Both the position numbers and the translations under genes were made by a program. A stretch of DNA of 64,000 nt, taken from Cystobasidiomycetes sp. EMM_F5. Lineage: Eukaryota. Under the pieces are notes generated by a model. The model was not told where the DNA came from, did no database searches, and saw nothing but the letters and a program-made list of their open reading frames with translations. Positions 13,460 through 26,587 of the stretch are shown piece by piece (position 1 is the stretch's first letter; each line of letters starts with the position of its first letter). The stretch spans positions 62,001-126,000 of the forward strand of contig JBPGPT010000034.1 in the NCBI GenBank assembly GCA_051047955.1, in the 5' to 3' direction.

Positions 13460-16161
13460 ATGCACCACCGTCCAGTGTCACCGACGACTATCGAAGAACT
13501 CCCGGTCCGCTTTACGGCAGCAATCAGTCCGCCAGGCGGGAGCAGTCCAGCACTGCCAGTAGTAAGGCTTCCGGATGCGTTGGTACAGCCGTCGACGTCG
13601 TCAAATGCCGGAGTATCTGTCGACAAAGCTGGCGGAAATGCAATCGTTCACGACAGAAAGGGTAAAGGCAGAGCCAGCGACACTGGCGACCTAGCACTTA
13701 CGGATAGTCACAATCAAGACTATCCCATAGACTACGAAGGCTCCCGCGAGTCTTCCGCTTCGTCGTCCGCAGTTGGCGTGCCGTATCGACCTCACCATCC
13801 GCAGAATGAGCCCAACGATACTGGTTTTGGCATCAAAGGCCCGCCAGGCGGAGATTGCAAGCGTATATGTCTGCGACATCAGCGAATGGTCGATGGCGGC
13901 GCTCGAGGCGAGATGCAAAAGGTCAGTCATGTGGTCTTTCTGCTAGACGCAGAGGTTCCGCTGACACTACGTTATTGACAGCGTCTCGATAAATTACGGC
14001 CAGCAGAGCAGCAAACTGCCAATGCCATCTGGTCTCTGTTCTCGTCCTCTTCTGGCGCAGCCCGCATACTGACGCTACGCGGATTGCTTACAATCTGCTG
14101 TCCAAGCCAGCTTTCGTTTCTGAGCGAGCAGCTCAAAGCAGAATGTCGGCTGGATCCTTTTGCCGTCTTACCTCGTGAATTATCACTCAAGTGCATGGCC
14201 TATCTCGATGCAATGTCTCTAGGCAGAGCTGCTCAAGTCTCAAAGTCGTGGAAGGCTTTGGCAGATGATGACCTTCTGTGGCGGACAATGTGCGAGCAAC
14301 ATATCGAGAAGAAGTGTGAAAAGTGCGGTTGGGGCCTACCCCTTCTGGAGAGGAAGCGAAAGCGAAAGGATCCGTCGACTTCTGCAAAGAGCAGTGCTCT
14401 TCAAGTGCAGCAACAGCAAAGATTCAATGCTGCACATCACAATCACACTCCTTTACCGAAAGAGCTTGAAGATGTTCTCGGCTCTTTAGGCAATAATGAC
14501 GCCAGCATGTCGGACAGCTCATCCAATGCAGGCGACAATACTGAGCCGTCAATTTCGGTCAAGCGGCCAAGACGAAATCCAGTAGCTTTAACTTCCGCAT
14601 CTGTACTACAATTCAACGATCTTTCCATCCTCTCCGCACCACCATCACCTACTAGCTCTCAAGGATCGTCAACACTGTCATTGCCAAGACCGCGACCTGA
14701 GCAACAGCTTACAAGACCGTGGAAATCAATATATTGCGAAAGACTCGCTATCGCTCGTAACTGGGCCAGAGGAAAATGCAGCTTCCGTGTCCTTAGTGGA
14801 CATACAGACGCTGTCACCTGTCTGCAGATAGATGAGACCCTTACACAGCCCAACTACCCAGTCCTGATGACTGGATCGTGGGACAGGACAGTCCGCGTAT
14901 GGAATGCCGAGTCTGGCGAGTGTGTTCAGGTGTTACGTGGCCATACGCGGGGCGTACGGTGCATTCAATTCGACTCTGTGAAGCTCATCACTGGAAGTAT
15001 GGATTCAACTATCAAGATCTGGTCCTGGCTTACCGGAGAATGCTCCCGGACACTCGAGGGCCATCGTGATGCGGTCGTCTGCCTAAACTTTGATAAGCAG
15101 ATCCTGGCTAGCGGTTCCGCAGATTCCACAATCAAGATATGGGACTTTACCACCGCCGAATGCTTCACCCTCCGAGGACATCGCGAATGGGTCAACCAGG
15201 TCAAGATTTGGTCACCTGGCGTGGATGATTGTTCCGCCCCTCCACAGCCAATGACAGTCCCGCCCACGGCTGGACAATCGACAGATGCTGTTGGGCAAGA
15301 CGCTTTGCCCAAACCAGATATAAAGCTGCTATTCTCTGCCTCGGACGATGGCACAGTCAAGGTTTGGGATTTATATGTATGTGAAAATTTTACGTTAACC
15401 ACCCGCTAGCAAACTGACAAAATTTGCAGACTCGACAATGTATCAGAACACTGGAAGGCCATGTTGCACAGGTTCAATGCCTCAAGGTCCTCAGCATCGA
15501 TGGACCTATCAAGCCACCCTTCCCAGTACCATCCCAGTCGGGATCGCAGGATTCTGACAAGGATCAGTACATCGACTCGGCGAACGGCAGTATCAGCCGA
15601 AGAGGTCAACATCACCCAAATCAGGTAGTTGCCGGAAACGGATACGCCGGCTTTTTTGAATTGCAGCAACAGCAACAACACATAGAAGCCTCAGCATCTA
15701 CCTCCACCGGTGTAGCATTATCAACATTCAATAATGCCTTCGTTCCCGCTAGCCAGCTAGCACAAGCCCCTCCATCTTCTCAAGCCTTCCTTGCCGGCGC
15801 AGCGAGACCTCCTGCTGATCCATTCGGGTCGCTGCCCATTGATTTCGGCGGGGCGGCGGCGCCGGCCGTTATTAGTGGCTCGCTCGACAATACCATCAAG
15901 ATCTGGAATGTTGAGGAAGGAACTTGCAATCGTACTCTTTTTGGTCATATCGAAGGAGTATGGGCAGTCGACATGGACAAGCTGCGCATTGTGTCTGCAT
16001 CGCATGACCGGACAATCAAAATTTGGGATCGTGCCAGCGGGCGCTGTCTTCATACTCTAGTCGGCCACCAGGGCGCAGTCACGTCAGTTGCGTTGGGCGA
16101 TGACAAGATCATTTCAGGATCCGATGACAGCTCGGTCAGAATCTGGTCTTTCGCGCCGTAA
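13460..16161 (+). CDS. MET30: F-box/WD40 sulfur controller (SconB/Scon-2/Met30)
   Basis: F-box LPRELSLKCMAYLD, family-specific MCEQHIEKKCEKCGWGLP, RPWKSIYCER, and multiple GH...WD repeats. Confidence 0.9.
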
Positions 16162-16336
16162 TCCGAACAAGTTTCGCCAATCCACTCGCATAACGTTCGT
16201 AATTTCCGGTGCGCGCATACAATTTATCCTGTCAATCTGCATACGCTTTTGTATCTATAATACTTCTGCTAGATCATGTTCCGTTCACTCCCTCAGTGCA
16301 ATGTAGCGTGCTCCCTTTGCATCATATGTGTTCGCT

Positions 16337-17602
16337 TCACGGTTTACCTTGAAAATTGCTGGCTTTGACATGGTCTGGCAAAACACGGTCGCTAGCATAA
16401 GTGTTGCTGCAAGAGCGGTCAGTAGTGTGGGGGATGCGGCCGACAGAGCTTTGTCGCACCTTTTCGGAAGATCAGGAGCCGGGAAGTCGGTTGACATATG
16501 TTCGTACTGATTCCTCGTCATAGTTAGCATGGGTTAGATCATGTGACAAGAAGATTGCACTGCTCACGTAGAAGCGGAAGTGATATTGCTTTCCAATGTC
16601 ATCGAGTTCCTTGACTTCCTCCTTGGTGAGACCTTCCTTTAGCGTGGCCAGCTTGGCGAGCCCCTTGACGCGCTCTTCGTTTGCAGTAGTAGTTACAGCA
16701 ACCACGTTCTTTGCCTTGCACCAGAGAAGCAAGACTGCATTCTCATCCAGAGTCTCGCCCGAGCTTTCCGACAGCCGCTTGGCAATCTTTTCCAGCGTTG
16801 GTTGCAAGGGGTTTGCGTTGCCTTTGAGACGGAGGGTAGGCGTGAGCGGACCGTACGACTCAATGACGATGCCGTGCTGCTCGTGAATAGCCAAGACTGG
16901 CTCGAGATGAGTCAGAACCAGCGGGTGGAATTCCAGCTGTGGTTGGCATTAACTTGTGCTTGGAGTGAAAAGTACTTCTACAAGAGCATACCTGATTGAC
17001 CACCGGCTTATGTTTAGCAACCTCGAGAAGCTTTTTCAAATCTTGCGGACGGAAGTTGGAAACGCCTATAGACTTGAGCTTGCCCTCATCCTTCATCTGC
17101 TCAAGGACCTTCCATGTGGGAATGACACGGTCTGGCGCGCTGGGGAAAGGGTTGTGGATGAGGTAGAGGTCAGGAGTGCCTCCAAGCTTCTCGAGAGAAG
17201 ACTCGACGGAAGCTCGAATCCCCTCATCGGTGGGTTCTGGCTTGAATATCTTTGAAGTGACGTAGACTTCGGAGCGGGGCACCCCCGACTTTTCGATAGC
17301 CTGCCTAGTCTCTGGCTCGGTTGTGTAGACTGGTAGCGTACAGAGTCAGTGGGCAAATCCTTGTCATTGTATCGCTTTCTTCACCAACTTTGCGCTGTAT
17401 CGATGTGATCCAGTCCGAGTTTCAGCACCTGCACGCCGACGTCAAGAGCCTTCTTCTTCGAGTCGCCGGTTCCATTTCCCCTAGTCGTGCGGTCGCTTCA
17501 CATCAGCCAGAGATGCTGTACCTATACTATGACTGCGTACCATGCTAGCCAGGGAATGCTCGTTCCATCCGAAAGCTGAATTCGGTCAATGGAGCTGGCC
17601 AT
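16337..17602 (-). CDS. Aldo-keto reductase
   Basis: DGTSIPWLAW..G, HIDTAQ, YVTSK, DLYLIHNP, SIGVSNF and PVVNQ motifs. The final exon and stop position are uncertain (16285-16340). Confidence 0.88.
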
Positions 17603-17785
17603 GGTCGTTAATGTGACGGGAAGGCAGATTAATGAACTCTTGTCTTTCAACGACTTGAATGGCCTCGTGTAAACGTCCAAGATGGTCTCCAGCTGAAGAG
17701 TAGCCGAAGACTTCGGTACGGCCAGAAAAATACTGTCCGTCCCGCCCCACTCTATTCCCCTTATTAGTACAGCAGTTCCAACTCG

Positions 17786-18835
17786 ATGTCCGCTTACACG
17801 CCAGATCAAGTCGCAGAATGGCTTCAAGTCATCGGCCTGCCAGGTTCGTTCCGAGATCCTGCCAGGAAACGCGATTTCAACCGTCTTCGTAGCCTACATA
17901 TTCATCAATTGGCTGCGATGCCATACGAAAACCTTTCCCTGCATTACAATCCCGAACATGCCATCACTCTTGATCCGCAAGCACTCTTTGACAAGATGGT
18001 ACGCAAGCGCCGAGGCCGCGGAGGGTCAGACAGCCTTCAAGTACGCTGAAATGGTATGACTCGGCTGACCTGCAAGAATAATTCTCAGCTACTGCATGGA
18101 GATCGGCATCCTCTTCTGCCATATGTTACGAGGTCTCGGATATAGCGTGTACAACGCCGGGGTCAGAGTCCGGCTGCGCGTTGATGGCGTTCCCACCGGA
18201 GACTGCGTTGGATGTGAGTAGACGGCGGCCTGCAATGACTATGCTGCAACCTTACCATGATTATGCTAGTCACGCATATTGTGAATATCGTGACCTTGGA
18301 AGACGGGACAAGTTACTGTTGCGACGTCGCATTTGGGGGCGATGGTCCTATTGAGCCATTGAAGCTTGAAAATGGCTACACGCTACAAAACATAGGGTCA
18401 CAGCAAGTTCGTCTCGTCCATGGCTATATGCCAGAGCAAACTTCCCGCCTTCCGCATCAAAAGCTTTGGATTTATCAATACCGAAACAGCGAAGAAAGGG
18501 ACTGGAATTCTTTCTACTGCTTTGGAGAATGGGAGTTTCACGCCGGCGACTTTGAGCGCCTGAGTTGGGAAGTTAGCCAAAACCCTACAAGCTGGCAAAG
18601 ACATATCGTACTCTGCCTCAAATATCGTGTGCATGAAACTGATGAAAGGATAGCTGCCAAAATTATGCTCGTCCATGATGTCGTCAAGGCAAATTATGGT
18701 GGAAAGACTCAGGTAATTGCAGCCTTGCGAAACGAAGAGGAGCGTGTGCGAGCTCTGGAATATCACTGCGGTGTGAGCTTGAGCGAAGAGGAGATTCATG
18801 GCATACAAGGGTATCAGTCTCAGCTTAGAAAGTAA
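17786..18835 (+). CDS. Arylamine N-acetyltransferase
   Basis: PYENLSLH, RGRGG|YCME (catalytic Cys), THIVNIV (His), DVAFGG (Asp); 2 introns. Confidence 0.92.
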
Positions 18836-19032
18836 GGGCATCACCTCGCTTGTGACCAAAGAAGCTTCCGAAGTCAGAGCAAACAACTCCTTCAGGAAGC
18901 AAAGCGCTAAAGCCGAGAGCGGCTCAGTACACTAAGGTCGGGGGCTGCAACCAAAAAAGAGCTTCAGATGGATGTACGCAGTATATTACAACGTCCCGGG
19001 CACGCATAACGATCGTCAAACCCAAGTCTAGT

Positions 19033-20991
<1,959 letters not shown>

Positions 20992-21199
20992 GGTTTTGTA
21001 TCAGATATCGAGCACAGCTTTCAGCAATTGGTGCAAGGAGAAGCAAGATATTGCTGAAGAAGCCGCGAGGTTGCCACTCAGAGATTCCGGGAGCTAACGG
21101 GCAATTTGCAGGCAGACACGACAAGGCAGCAAGCACGTTGCTCATACAGCCAGAGCGATTACGCATGGAGAGAAACAAGCAACAACGGAGAGAAATAGA

Positions 21200-24100
21200 T
21201 CACAAACCGAGTTCAGGTGTCGTGGAGATTTCGTAATAATCAGGTAAAAGATCGAGTGTCCTCCGCGCGCGTACAGATGGTGTTGATATTCTATCGACCT
21301 GCATTCCGAACCTGGCATAAGCAAGCCGTCAGCCAGATGCTCTCCCGTCTCAAAGGGCTTAAAAAGCCAACTTACGGCATCCTGTATAGCACTCGCGCTG
21401 TCCTGTACTACTTGTGCCGCAACTTTCTTGGCAGCCCGACGCGGCATTGCTTCTGGCAGAGGCGAGTTGACATTCTTTTGAACATGCTTTGGTGCTGCTA
21501 CGCCGCTCGTACTCGCTGATGGTGGGCTCGATGCTGGGGTCGATGAGTCTGTAGCCCTCGCTGAGGCGGAGAGATCCTCGCTAGAACTGGCGTTTGCGAT
21601 AGTCTGCCGGGGCCGCTTGCGCAACTCCGCCGCGCTACCCCGCCGCGACTTGACAGACACCTCGAGTGATTCAGACGGGTTCGCAATACCCGCTAACTTC
21701 CTGCTTGTACAGGATGCCTCTCTGGATGCGGTTGTACCAGATGACCTGGCTGATCTGGCTGACCTCGCTGACCTATTGCTGTTGCCACTGCTCTTCCGAC
21801 TCTTTGAGCGGTCTGCAGCCTCAGGGGCGCCTACGATCAAAAATTCGGTCGCGGAGGTGTCAGCTTGCACCTCCGACTTGCTCAGACCGATGTAGCGCGA
21901 GGGCTGCTTGGGATCGCCTTGCAGAGGTGACGCTGCAGTGATGACAGTCTCGACAAGCGGCGGTGTCACAGGGCGCGCACCAGTCATACTTGGAAGTGTG
22001 CCTACGGTCTGTCCTCCTGTCATCTTCTCGTCATTGATGACACTCGCGCTACTTGTCCTCCCATCGCCTGCTACACAATCACAATGGACAAAATGCATAA
22101 AGCTGTCAGCTTCACATCCGAACCAAGACAAGCCCATCAAGGTGCCTTGCCGCATTCAGAGGGGAACACACAAACAGGCTTCGGTGGTGGTGGTAGACTT
22201 CCTTTGGCCGCTGAACTTCTTCTTTCCGAAGATCCCGTTGATCCTGGCAGCGTCTTCGACCTCCTCACAGTTGTACTAGAGGCAGCGCTCAACGGCAAGT
22301 CTTCGTCGGCACTACTCAGCGTTGTGGCAGCTGGAGAGGGTGAGCGCACTAGGGATGACGTCAAGACGCCCAGGTGCTGAGGCTGCGGAGACGCAGTGTG
22401 ACTTGTCAGCGGCAGCGCTGTATGCGGAGGTTGCGCAGGGTCCCATAAAGTGGGACCCTGAACAAGTGGTATACCTCCTGCTAAGGCATGAGCTACCCCT
22501 GACGATGGCGTAGATGGCCTCGATGGCGTCTCTTTGCCTCGCTTCTTGTGCAATTTTCGTGGTGCTCGATCGCCTTTCTCCTTGTCCTTGTCATGGTCTC
22601 TGTCCCTATCACGCTCTTTTGATGGTCGTCTATCGACATCTGGCGATGGGACGACACTCCTGGAATTTGGGTTTGACGTCGGGGATATTAGCGAAGTCGA
22701 AGGTTGCGGGACAGGGACTGGTGAGTAAATTGCGATCGGGGCCGGGACAGACTTCCTTTGCGTAAGTTGTGCTGCGGTCGACGGTTGCGACGTACTCGGT
22801 AGCGGAGCCTGAGGCGGAGTAGACGTAGATGGAACAGGTGCGACTGCTATAGGTTGTAGAGGTTGCCGAGGCGCGTTCACTGGTACAATTGATTGTAATT
22901 GTGAGGAAGTGGGATGAGGTAAGGGCGACACTGTCGACACGCTCGACTTTCGCGCAGACGCATCGATGATGGGCAAAGGTGTGGATTTAGAAGCTTTAGT
23001 TGCTGCGGAAACTGGGATCGGTACAGGCGCAGCTGACGGCGCGACTACAGGAGCAACGAGTGTCGGGACCGCAGGCAGCACCACAAAGTGATCCTGGTGT
23101 ATGATGAGAAATTCCAGGATTTCCTGGTTGATCTTGATTTCTTCCTGTCTACTCTGAAGGTACTCTGCATTAGCGGCAGCTTGCGCTTGGGAGCCGCTGC
23201 TCTCCAACGCGCTCGAGCCTAATCCGCCAGTATCACCTTCAGATACCCCAGAACCGCTAACGGATCTTGACAAGCTCGAAAATATGGGGAAAGAGGCAGG
23301 GGGTGATAGGGCATCTCCTCCAGTAATTGGTGCTGACGGAATGCTCATCGCGCCAGGAATTGATAATGTGTAATCGCGATCTTCCGGCGAGCGTATGAGT
23401 CCTGGCTGGAAGACGACTGCTAGGTTGGATGCTGGCATCAAGTTGGTATCGTGATTGCGTGCAAAGACATTGAGTAAATCTAGGACGTAGCAGAACAGAT
23501 ACTTGGACGATGACGGTAGAGACGCAATTAGATGCTTATAGCGCTGCAGAGCCTCTGACTCTGCCTTAGAGTCACCTATCTTGTGGCGCGGAGCTAGATT
23601 TGCGCAAGAGCTTGTTAGAGTGTTGTTCAAATCATATAAGTTCAGTCAAACGCACGTAGAGCATTGCGGAATGCATGGTATTGATCTACCGGCACCACAG
23701 GTTCCTGGGAAGGGTATCAGCAATTGCTCAACTGGACGACGTCGGCCGTTGTAACGAGCCTGACTTACTGGCATCTGATTCAGATATCGACGCAGTACAT
23801 TGGCAGCATCGTGAACGCTCCACGGACCCCAAACTACGTCTTTTCCGTACAGAGGGCCCTTGTCGAAAATATCCTGTAGCTCCTTCATCCGCCTAGTCGA
23901 GCCAGATATGCGAAACACTCCTTCGACCGTTACAGCCTTTTGTTTCAGAAAGAGGCCGCATTTCGCGACGACTATGGGAATATAACTTGAAACGAAGCAA
24001 GGTTACGAAATAAGATTCTACAGCGATTAAGTCGCATAGCAGAGCTCACCCGTAGACCTGATTGACGCCGTCCGGCCCGACCATTGAAATCGCCACTCCA

Positions 24101-24510
24101 GCGTATTTGAGGGATTCAGTGAGCGGGACACCAAAGACGCCCTTGCTGTTGTGGAAGCCAGTACCGGGAGCATTTGTGCTAGTCGGCGATGTATCCTTGC
24201 CAGAGCTACCTCCACTCCCAGAACTGACAGACGTTGCCTGGTTGGCAGACGCAGAGGTTGAGCTCCCGGACGCCGTCGATTGTTGTAGCTGCTGTTGTTG
24301 CTGCTGCTTTGTAAATTTTGTCCACCATTGCTTTAGCGACTGCTTGGTCGCTGCTTGCTGCGACGCTGCCGTTGGCGAAAGTACTGGCTCGAGCGATGCT
24401 GGCGGCTCGGGCGTGTCTCGAGAAGCATCGTTGGATGGCGCATTTGATGGCTGAGCATTATGGCTTCCGGTAGTGCTGCTGTTGGCCATTGCAGGCTGCG
24501 TGTTGGACAT
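21200..24510 (-). CDS. SAC7: Rho GTPase-activating protein (Sac7/Bag7/Rga5-like) with long low-complexity C-terminus
   Basis: KQWWTKF, GVFGVPLTESLKYA, IPIVVAKCGLFLK, EGVFRISGS (arginine finger) and NLMPASNLAVVFQPGL. The 3' end is approximate. Confidence 0.82.
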
Positions 24511-25425
24511 TACAATTCGGGCTGGTCTCGAGCGCCCGTCAACTCGGGGGCAGCCTTTCGCGGTGCCAATTTACTGCTTTCCCGTCCGCTGCCTGCCTAT
24601 GGACTGCTGGGCATCCTTCTACGTCGCAGTTGCTCGATATACGCCGTGTTTGTATTTGCAGCCGCCTTTGTATTTGATCCAGCAATGCCGTTCACCGCCT
24701 CGAATTCTGCCTGTTTCGTCAACAGATCGCCCAGAGTCTGTGCTGTTGATGCTGGTATTGTGTTGCAGGCTTTCAGCGTTTGCATTCGTTTGTTCAGTGT
24801 TGTCAAGATGCAACGAAAACGGTTCACTTCTGCGCAACCTCAAGCGCAAAGTACGAGTAACTTGCTACCTTACGGTCCGACCAGGCTCATTATACGCTTC
24901 AGCGCTCTGCACTGCAGACTATGGCAGATATCGTCGCTGGATGCAGTTTCACTTTCAATTCTGCAGCGACTATTGTATTGGATACTCATGCGCTGAAATA
25001 ACTAACGCTCGTCGTATACGCTGATGGCATACTGAACGTTCGCTGACTGCGATGAGCTGGCTAAAGATCTCAAGATGTCATGGCATATCTCTGCACAGCC
25101 TCGTACGAAGCCCCGAATAGACATTATTGAACAATACACATCCTGCTTAACACAGGCAACGGTAGCTAGAGCCTTACTGCTAGTGACGATACATACAGAC
25201 GAGGCTAGTGGACTGTTGGCGAGACGTGGCCGAGAGCTGCTAGGCTGATACGGCCCTTTGAAAATTGCGGTGACCTCGGCGGATGCTAAAATTGCTAGTG
25301 ACTTGCACTTTAGCTTGTCTTTCAGATGCCGTAGACATGACTCTGCCATCAAATGGAGTCTTGCGGGGTCGTTAGCTCCCGTCGAGGTGTGAATTTGCTA
25401 TGGCCGAATAGAGCCGTGGCATACA

Positions 25426-25468
25426 ATCAGATAAGATTAGATCAGATCAGATCAGATCAGATAATCAG
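25426..25468. repeat. Imperfect (ATCAG)n pentamer array containing two ATCAGATAA GATA-type motifs
   Basis: atcag ataag attag atcag atcag atcag atcag ataat cag, in the intergenic region between two divergent genes. Confidence 0.8.
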
Positions 25469-25697
25469 CACAGAGAATTCGACGGGGCAGATTGCGGCAT
25501 ACGCGTTGTAATGGGCCAATCTTCCGTAGACGATTGATTATCGCAGATCTGTCAACTTGAAAGTGCATAGCCAGTCTGCATTGTCTTCTTGGAATGTCTG
25601 CAAGTTGTTCGGACCTAACCACTTACGCTGCCAATTATTGCCTGCAGCTGAACCCATCCCCTCTTTCTTTAAGATCTACAGCAATTCCCTCGTAAAT

Positions 25698-26284
25698 ATG
25701 CAGATGTCCACCTCAGCCGTCGACAATGTTGATACTGCGCCTCAGGTCGCATCGTCCGGCAGTAAACAGCTATTGGAGGACGACGGAGCCTTATCCCGCG
25801 ACGCAGAAGCTGCACTAGAAGTAATCTTTCGCAAATATGCAACATCTATCAGTGCGACAAGCGCAGACTCGCACGCTAGCTCATCAGCAGCGCCGATAGA
25901 AAAGTTGTCTATCAAGCCAGAAGGATTGACGGCTTTTGGGCTGGAAACGAATGGCCAAGCGCTGCCGCAGGAGCAGGTGCGTTGCATTCGTATGCTAGCA
26001 CCGGAACAAGTAGACGAAGCTTTCAAAGCTGAGTGCACATCTCATGGCCAGATTGAGGAAATCAAAACATACTTTGACTGCGATTACCATGAGAATATAC
26101 TCTTCTCGGGCTTTCTACAGGTAAAAGTTGTCCTTGTTTCCTTTGCCCGTATACATTGTTCTAATGTCTTGTGTCTTAGATGTATCAGCTGCAAACAGAG
26201 GCCGATGAGGCCGAGACACTACGCGACTTGAATGCTCACGGGTTCACCGACTTTGTTGCTAGTGGACAGTCGCAAGCTACGTAG
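25698..26284 (+). CDS. Hypothetical protein, EF-hand-like
   Basis: Three exons splice in frame: ...ALEVIFRKYA...ETNGQALPQEQ|IEEIKTYFDCDYHENILFSGFLQ|MYQLQTEADEAETLRDLNAHGF...*. Confidence 0.65.
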
Positions 26285-26587
26285 GGGACCGATGGAATTG
26301 ACATGGTCTCCCATGCCTCACTAGTGCCAGTCCCCCATGCACAGTCCGCCCTAGTATGGCCTAATCCGAAAGAGAGAAACAGACGGCGCAGAATACTGGA
26401 TCGCTCAGTATTCAGAGCGTGGCAAGTGCAATATATGCAGCATTTGCATAGAGCGATCGCGAGCCAGCGCAAGTCTGATGATGACGGACGAAACATGGTG
26501 GGTGACATGAACGAGCAAAGCACACAACATCAATCAAAGAAATTGTAAGCGAAGTAGGCGAAACAACCGCTACGATGATGTATGCAA

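Noticed and set aside
24280..24310. CAG/CAA poly-Gln tract in the RhoGAP (similar tracts in MET30 and RPD3; P/Q repeats in the J-protein)
   Set aside because: Ordinary low-complexity coding sequence.
24460..25352. Overlapping 60-180 aa ORFs upstream of the RhoGAP
   Set aside because: They occur in several frames, have atypical Cys/Leu-rich composition, and show no motifs or splice structure; most likely 5' UTR or promoter sequence.
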